From: Candidatus Eiseniibacteriota bacterium
GTDB lineage: Bacteria; Eisenbacteria; RBG-16-71-46; JABDJR01
Direction: 5' to 3'
DNA length: 11,712 nt
Assembly (NCBI GenBank): GCA_963783375.1
Contig: CAWANH010000021.1
Location: 1 to 11,712, forward strand
This document shows positions 1-5,116 of this stretch, piece after piece (the first letter of the stretch is position 1; every line of letters starts with the position of its first letter). The notes below the pieces were generated by a model. It made no database searches. It was given only the letters and a program-made list of their open reading frames with translations, and was not told where the DNA came from. The translations under genes were made by a program, and so were the position numbers.

Positions 1-186
1 GGTGAGCTCGTCGCGGAATTTCTGGGTCATTCCTCGTAAGTCATCATCGGACAAGGACTTGTATTCCTCGAAATACTGGTTGATCTCGTCCACGATGGGG
101 CCGATGCGCTTCATGTCGCGCTCGTACTTGGTGCCGAACACCTTCTCGACGGCTCGGACGGCCGAGTTCTTGATCATCTCCAGCAT
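1..186 (-). CDS. secA: Preprotein translocase ATPase SecA, N-terminal 62 aa (gene runs off the left edge)
   Basis: Manual translation from ATG at 186: MLEMIKNSAVRAVEKVFGTKYERDMKRIGPIVDEINQYFEEYKSLSDDDLRGMTQKFRDELT, open to the edge. It matches the SecA N-terminal pattern (K.FG...ER..K...P.V..IN......LSD.EL...T..FR..L). AGGAG lies about 12 nt upstream. An in-frame ATG at 177 is an alternative start. Confidence 0.92.
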   Translation of the reverse strand, partial: MLEMIKNSAVRAVEKVFGTKYERDMKRIGPIVDEINQYFEEYKSLSDDDLRGMTQKFRDELT

Positions 187-245
187 GGGCTTCTCGTTCT
201 CCTGAACGTGGGACGGTGAACCGCCGCAAAAGTCGCAAACAGTCT

Positions 246-274
246 AACTTAGCAAAGTCGGTGGGTGCCGGCAA
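246..274 (-). promoter_or_regulatory. Putative sigma70-type promoter of secA
   Basis: Minus strand reads TTGCCG (274-269), a 17-nt spacer, then TAAGTT (251-246), with TG-N immediately 5' of the -10 (extended -10, TGcTAAGTT). It sits in a locally AT-richer intergenic stretch about 60 nt upstream of the secA ATG. Confidence 0.7.
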
Positions 275-313
275 GACTCGGGCCTGCCCCCCCCCTTCTA
301 CCCCGGGAGCGCC

Positions 314-337
314 CCGGCCTTCCCGCCGCGGGGCCGG
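314..337 (-). other. GC-rich hairpin downstream of the propeller gene (possible pause or transcript-end structure)
   Basis: CCGGC(314-318)/GCCGG(333-337) and CCCG(322-325)/CGGG(329-332) with a 3-nt bulge, about 25 nt after the stop codon. There is no U-tract on the minus strand, so it is not a canonical intrinsic terminator. Confidence 0.25.
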
Positions 338-361
338 TTCCCCGCCCGGATCCCTTCGGGG

Positions 362-2539
362 TCAGGATGCCTTGAGCCCCAGCCGGACGGCGAGAAACCG
401 ACCGTCCATCGCCCCGAGATAAGCGGTTCCATTCTCCACCGCGGGGGACGAGTACATCGAGGAGTCGACCTCGATCCGGGCGGCCTCGGACCCGGTGAGC
501 CATTCGATCCCGTGAAGGAAGCCGTCGTAGCCGCTCACCCAGACCGTGCGCCCGAAGAAGGCGGGGCGGCTCTTCACCTTGCCCCCGGTGGGGACCTTCC
601 ACACCGTCTTCCCCAGCTCCAGGTCCACCCCGTACACCGTTCCGGATCCGGTTCCCACCACGACCCGTCCCTCCTGGTAGGCCGGGGAGCCGTTGACCGG
701 ACTTCCGAGGTCCACGCGCCAGGTCTCGGCGCCGGTGGCCAGGTCGAAGGCGTAGAGGTTGTGGTCCACCGAACCCACCACCAGCTGATCCTTGGCCACC
801 ACCGGCGAGCCGTAGATCGCGTCTCCGGCCTGGGCCTCCCACCGGATCCGGCCGGTGGCGGCGTCGAGGGCGGACACCTTGCCGTCCAGCCCGCAGGAAA
901 CCACCGTTTCCCCCGCCACCACCGGACTCGACCACTGCACCGATCCCAGGTCCCGCTTCCACCGGACGCGCCCGTCGTCCAGCCGCACCGCGTAGAGGTT
1001 TCGATCGTAGGAGCCGACGTACGCGCGCTCGGCGTCCACCGCGGGAGAAGCCACGATGCGTCCCGAGGTGGCCACGCTCCAGCGCTCGCCGCCGGTGGCC
1101 AGATCGAGGGCGTAGAGCCGGCCGTCGTACCCGCCGATCACCACCGTGCTCTCGGACACGGCGGGAGACGATCCGAATCCCTCCGGGGCCGCGTAGGCCC
1201 AGAGCCGTTCCCCGCTGTCCTTCTCCAGGGCGTAGACTCGGCCGTCGCGACAGCCGAAGATGACCGCGCTTCCGGCCACCAGCGGACTGGAGGTGATCGG
1301 GCGATCGAAGCGGTCCTCCCAGAGCACGGTGGCGGTGACCTGGTCGAGAAGAGCGTTTTCCGCCTGGACGTTCGGGGCCGATTCCCCCTCCGTCGCGGAG
1401 GCGCCGGACGGCGGCCCGTCGCTGCGCCCCAGGTGAGGCCGGACCACGACCAAATAGGCGATCAGAAGCGCGAGGGCCAACGCCGCCGCCACCAGGCTCA
1501 CCCAGAAACCCAGGCCGCGCCGCTCCTCGGGCGCGTAGAGATCCCGGTCCGCAACGGCGGGAGTCACGCCGGCGGGCGCTTCCGCGGGAATCCCTGAGGG
1601 TTCGACGGACTCCGGAGCCGTCTCCGGAACGACCGGCTCGACGGAAGCAACGTCGTCCTCGGGCCCGCTGTCCTCGCCGGTTTCGGATCCGGCGTCCGCA
1701 TCCGACCACGCTTTCGATTCGGCTCCGGATTGGGCTTCGGATTCGGCCTCCGGGCTCTTTCCCCCCCCGGGGTCGAAGGTGAAGGTCTGCTGAAGCTCGC
1801 TCACCAGGGCGTCGAAGGGCGCGGCACTCTCCGGGGGCGCCGGAGCGGACTCCTCTGAGCCGGGGTCGGGCTCGGGGGCCGGCGGTGGGGTGGAGGGGCC
1901 CGCGGCGGCGGGCTCGGGAGCGTCGGGGAGGGGCTCGGAAACCGGCGCCGGGGCGGGGGCTCCCCGATGCGCGCCCTCCACCACCCGGGGCCCCGGCCCC
2001 TCGGCGAAGGCGATCACCAGGCCGCCGTCCCCACCCCCGCCGTGCTCGAGCCGGGCGAGGAAATCCCGGGACGCCCGGTCCGCCTCTCCGCTCAGGGGAA
2101 GCCGGCCGAGGAAGAACCGCGTCCCCGCGGCCACCGGAGCGGCCAGGGGGATCTCGGCGTCGAGGGGGCGTCCGGTCTCGGGCGAGAGCGGCACCAGCCG
2201 CACCCGCCCCTCGGTGTGGAACCAGAGCTGGTCGCGGTCCAGCACCGCGCAGCCGAACTCGAGCTGAACTCCCGCCGCCCGCGCCTCGTGCTTCATCACC
2301 CGGAAGGTGGACTCCAGGACCGTGAGGTTGGGCGCGTTCTCGGGGATCTCCTTCAGGTACCGAACCGCGGCCTGCCCGGCCCGGAGCGCCGCCTCGCGTT
2401 CCCGTTCCCCCGAGGCCTCGGAAGGTCCGATCACCAGGAAATGGCCCGAGCGCATGCCCGTGGGGGAAAGCTCGAAGAAGGCCAGCCACCCCGAATGGCG
2501 TTCGGGGCGAAGGCTATGGCAGCGTGCGGTAAGCGGCAT
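362..2539 (-). CDS. Bitopic membrane protein, 725 aa: N-terminal PP2C-like degenerate domain, acidic Pro/Ala/Glu/Ser linker, single TM helix, 8-bladed PQQ-like/BamB-type beta-propeller
   Basis: GGAGG lies 6 nt upstream of ATG 2539. Residues ~181-340 are low-complexity. Residues 343-366 are hydrophobic (LGFWVSLVAAALALALLIAYLVVV) and preceded by RR. Residues ~404-722 form eight 40-aa repeats with W...SSP.V....V.VG..DG.LYA.D..TG (tryptophan-docking motif). Confidence 0.9.
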   Translation of the reverse strand: MPLTARCHSLRPERHSGWLAFFELSPTGMRSGHFLVIGPSEASGEREREAALRAGQAAVRYLKEIPENAPNLTVLESTFRVMKHEARAAGVQLEFGCAVLDRDQLWFHTEGRVRLVPLSPETGRPLDAEIPLAAPVAAGTRFFLGRLPLSGEADRASRDFLARLEHGGGGDGGLVIAFAEGPGPRVVEGAHRGAPAPAPVSEPLPDAPEPAAAGPSTPPPAPEPDPGSEESAPAPPESAAPFDALVSELQQTFTFDPGGGKSPEAESEAQSGAESKAWSDADAGSETGEDSGPEDDVASVEPVVPETAPESVEPSGIPAEAPAGVTPAVADRDLYAPEERRGLGFWVSLVAAALALALLIAYLVVVRPHLGRSDGPPSGASATEGESAPNVQAENALLDQVTATVLWEDRFDRPITSSPLVAGSAVIFGCRDGRVYALEKDSGERLWAYAAPEGFGSSPAVSESTVVIGGYDGRLYALDLATGGERWSVATSGRIVASPAVDAERAYVGSYDRNLYAVRLDDGRVRWKRDLGSVQWSSPVVAGETVVSCGLDGKVSALDAATGRIRWEAQAGDAIYGSPVVAKDQLVVGSVDHNLYAFDLATGAETWRVDLGSPVNGSPAYQEGRVVVGTGSGTVYGVDLELGKTVWKVPTGGKVKSRPAFFGRTVWVSGYDGFLHGIEWLTGSEAARIEVDSSMYSSPAVENGTAYLGAMDGRFLAVRLGLKAS
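365..1330 (-). repeat. Eight tandem 40-aa (120-nt) PQQ-like beta-propeller blades
   Basis: Blades begin at VLW, ERLW, GERW, RVRW, RIRW, AETW, KTVW and SEAA. Each carries an S-x-P or x-S-P motif and DG/DR/DH/SG followed by LYA-like residues, and blades 1-7 end in ..G. Confidence 0.9.
1704..1751. repeat. Imperfect 12-nt tandem repeat (3-4 copies) in the acidic linker
   Basis: gaccacgctttc / gattcggctccg / gattgggcttcg / gattcggcctcc, encoding EAES-EAQS-GAES-KAWS on the minus strand. Confidence 0.55.
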
Positions 2540-2572
2540 GCTCGCCCTCCAGAATACCGATATTCGCCGGAC

Positions 2573-5050
2573 TCACCTCGCGGTGTAGTAGTTCCGATAG
2601 ACCCAGGCCAGCCAGACGATTCGTCGGACATAGCTGTAGGTCTCAGGATAGCCGATGCACTCCACGAACACCTCCTCCGAATCGCCGTCCGCCCGCTCCA
2701 TCCATTCGCGGGCCTTGGCCTCTCCCGCGTTGTAGCTGGCCAGAGCGGGAAGGAGGTCGCCCCCGAACTCGGATAGCCGATCCGCGAAGAAGCGCGCGCC
2801 CAGATCGACGTTCACGTCGGAGCGGTAGAGCGCGGCCACCGGCAGCGGATCGATCCCGGCCTCCCGGGTGATCCGTCCCAGGGTCCTCGGCATGATCTGG
2901 AGCAGACCGATCGCCCCCGCCCGGGAGACGGCCAGGGGATCGTAGAGACTCTCCTGACGCATCACCGCCCAGAGGATCTCCGGCTCCACCCCGACCGCCA
3001 CCCCCGCCCGCCGCACCTCGCCGTAGTAGGCGGCGGGAAAGGTGAGGCGATCGTAGCCGGTCCGCATCCCGAAGGTGACCGGGAGCCCCATCCCCGAGCG
3101 TCCGGCCCAGTACACCGCCTCGGGGTAGATGTGATGGACGGTGGCGGCCAGGGCCAGGGCCTGGATAGCGGCCGGGGTCTCCGCCCCGAAGACGGCCACC
3201 CGTTTCCATTCCCGCCGCGCCTCGTCCATCACCCCCAACCGGGCCAGGGCGAGTCCCCGGGCGAAGCCTCCTTTGAGCGGATCGCTCCACTCCGCATCTC
3301 CCAGCACGTCGAGAGGCTCGTCGGCGGTGAGGGGAGGCCGGTCGGGGGGTTCGGGCGGGGTCCCCTTGAGCCCGAACTCCTCCCGGATCCGGACGCCGTA
3401 GTAGTCCTTGGGCTCGGTCTGCCAGGCCCCGAGCACCGCCGCCTCCCGGGCCTCGGCCTCCCGCCCCAGGCGCTTCAGGGTCCGGGCCAGCCAGTATCCC
3501 GCCTGCTCCTGATCCGGCGCCAGGCTGGAGGCGCGATAGGCGGCGCGGAAGTCCTCGACCGCTTCCTTGTCGTGCCCGAGGCGCACCCGGTCGAATCCCC
3601 GGCGGAAGAGCGCGTCCCGGGCATGGGAGTGACCGGGATAGGCGCGGATGAACTCGTCGTAGACCGCGGCCGCATCCTTCCAGCGGCCGAGGCTTTCGAG
3701 CTCCCGCCCCAGTTCCCAGGTCGCGGTGGCCCCGGTTCCCCCCGCCGTCTTCATGAGGGCGCGATAGCCCGCTTCCATCGGCTTCACCCGCCCGGTGTTC
3801 CGGAAGATGCGCGCCCGGATGAGACCGGCTTCCCGCGCGATTTCCGCACGCGGGGAGTCCACGAGACCGCCGAGGAGCGGCTCGGCCTCGGGGTATCGTC
3901 TGGCGGCGTAGAAATAGCGCACGAGGTTCATGGCCGCCGACTCGCGCACCGCCTCGGGCAGCGAATCGGCGGCGGCGACGGCCCGCATGGACTCCACCGC
4001 GCCGCTTGCCGCCTGGGGAAGCAGGGTGCGCATGAGAGATACCCACCCCCCGGGATCGAGCCGGAGCGAGGGGATCGAGTCCCCGAGGGCCCGGCGCGTC
4101 CGCATGGCCTGGATGGCCAGAGGATCGTCTCCATACTTCCCGATCAGGGTCTCCAGCTCGAGCGCGGCCTCGCCGTTCCGGCCCTGGGCGAGGAGCGCTC
4201 TGGCCACGAGGGCGTGAAGGGCGGCGTCCTCGGCGTAGGGAAGGGCGAGGCGGGCCTCCGCCGCCGCCTCCGCCGGCCGGCCCCGGGCCAGAAGCGACCG
4301 GGCCCGGGTGATCCGAACCGACGGGGCGCGGGCGCTCCGGGGCGCGGAGTCCACCAGGGTGTCCGCCCAGGCCAGGGCCGCCGCGGTGTCCCCCGCCGCC
4401 TCCGCGTTCGCCCAGAGCCGGTAGATCGCCTCGTCGCGGAGCGGGTAGTCCCGCGCGCCGGCGGCCAGGCGGAGGGCCTCCCCCTCCCCGTTGGTATCGG
4501 CGGCGGCGCCTTCCCCGGAGGGGGTCGCGATTCCTACCGCCCCGTCTTCGGCGTCCGCCCTGGCCACCGCGATCCGGGACAGGGCCACGGCCAGGCCGGC
4601 CGCCCCCGCGTTGCCCGACCCCGGCTCGGGGAGGCGGTTCCCGAGCCCCCGGAGAAGCGCCCGGGACCAGTCCGGACGCTGCTCCTCCAGGGCGCGGGAG
4701 AGCCAGCGGACGCGGTCGGGCCAGGGCATGTGAAGAATGACCCCGGGAGCGCGTCCCGCGCGCTCCAGCCGATCCATGGCCCGCGATCGAACCACCGAGG
4801 CCTCGACCATGCCGCTCGAATCCCCGGCGAACATGGCCAGGGTCAGGGCCCGTCCCGCCCACGCCGTCGAGTCGAGCGCGGTCACGATCTCGACCGGGTC
4901 GATGGGGGATGCGGCGGCGGATTCCGCGGGCGCGCCCGGACCCCCGGCCGGATCCGCGGCCCGCGGCGGGGCCTCGCCCGAGAGCCCGAACCAGGCCAGG
5001 ACCACCGCCAGCCCCGCGCCGGCCAGAACGATGCTTCGCCTCAGGTGCAT
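2573..5050 (-). CDS. TPR-containing lytic murein transglycosylase (Slt70-like, GH23), 825 aa
   Basis: N-terminal signal or anchor (MHLRRSIVLAGAGLAVVLAWFGLSG), followed by a long helical TPR-like region. The C-terminal SLT domain carries AVMRQES (catalytic Glu700, nt 2951-2953), SRAGAIGLLQIMP, ASYNAG and YPETYSYV. GGAAAGG precedes the ATG. Confidence 0.93.
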   Translation of the reverse strand: MHLRRSIVLAGAGLAVVLAWFGLSGEAPPRAADPAGGPGAPAESAAASPIDPVEIVTALDSTAWAGRALTLAMFAGDSSGMVEASVVRSRAMDRLERAGRAPGVILHMPWPDRVRWLSRALEEQRPDWSRALLRGLGNRLPEPGSGNAGAAGLAVALSRIAVARADAEDGAVGIATPSGEGAAADTNGEGEALRLAAGARDYPLRDEAIYRLWANAEAAGDTAAALAWADTLVDSAPRSARAPSVRITRARSLLARGRPAEAAAEARLALPYAEDAALHALVARALLAQGRNGEAALELETLIGKYGDDPLAIQAMRTRRALGDSIPSLRLDPGGWVSLMRTLLPQAASGAVESMRAVAAADSLPEAVRESAAMNLVRYFYAARRYPEAEPLLGGLVDSPRAEIAREAGLIRARIFRNTGRVKPMEAGYRALMKTAGGTGATATWELGRELESLGRWKDAAAVYDEFIRAYPGHSHARDALFRRGFDRVRLGHDKEAVEDFRAAYRASSLAPDQEQAGYWLARTLKRLGREAEAREAAVLGAWQTEPKDYYGVRIREEFGLKGTPPEPPDRPPLTADEPLDVLGDAEWSDPLKGGFARGLALARLGVMDEARREWKRVAVFGAETPAAIQALALAATVHHIYPEAVYWAGRSGMGLPVTFGMRTGYDRLTFPAAYYGEVRRAGVAVGVEPEILWAVMRQESLYDPLAVSRAGAIGLLQIMPRTLGRITREAGIDPLPVAALYRSDVNVDLGARFFADRLSEFGGDLLPALASYNAGEAKAREWMERADGDSEEVFVECIGYPETYSYVRRIVWLAWVYRNYYTAR

Positions 5051-5116
5051 GGGTGCCTTTCCAGGAGGACGTTCATATGCATTTCCGGGGTGGCCCGCGG
5101 CGGCTCCGCGCGCGCC

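Noticed and set aside
44-274. 76-aa ORF as a possible SecM-like leader peptide
   Set aside because: It starts at the TTG of the predicted -35 box, overlaps secA out of frame, and has no signal sequence or arrest motif.
1761-1768. G8 tract in the propeller gene linker as a phase-variation site
   Set aside because: In frame (PGGG), short, and unremarkable at this GC content.
249-2489. 746-aa minus-strand ORF, and the similar 2643..4862 and 9345..10823 ORFs
   Set aside because: Alternative frames of real genes with Arg/Gly/Pro-biased composition typical of GC-rich off-frame translation.
362-2539. Assignment as bamB or as a PQQ-dependent dehydrogenase
   Set aside because: No lipoprotein signal, an internal TM helix with a large cytoplasmic part, and no dehydrogenase insertions or vicinal cysteines.
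5051-5116. Hairpin (CGCGG/CCGCG, 5096-5110) and overlapping CATATG/ATGCAT palindromes in the protease-transglycosylase spacer
   Set aside because: Short stem without a U-tract, and 6-bp palindromes occur by chance. No convincing -35/-10 pair.
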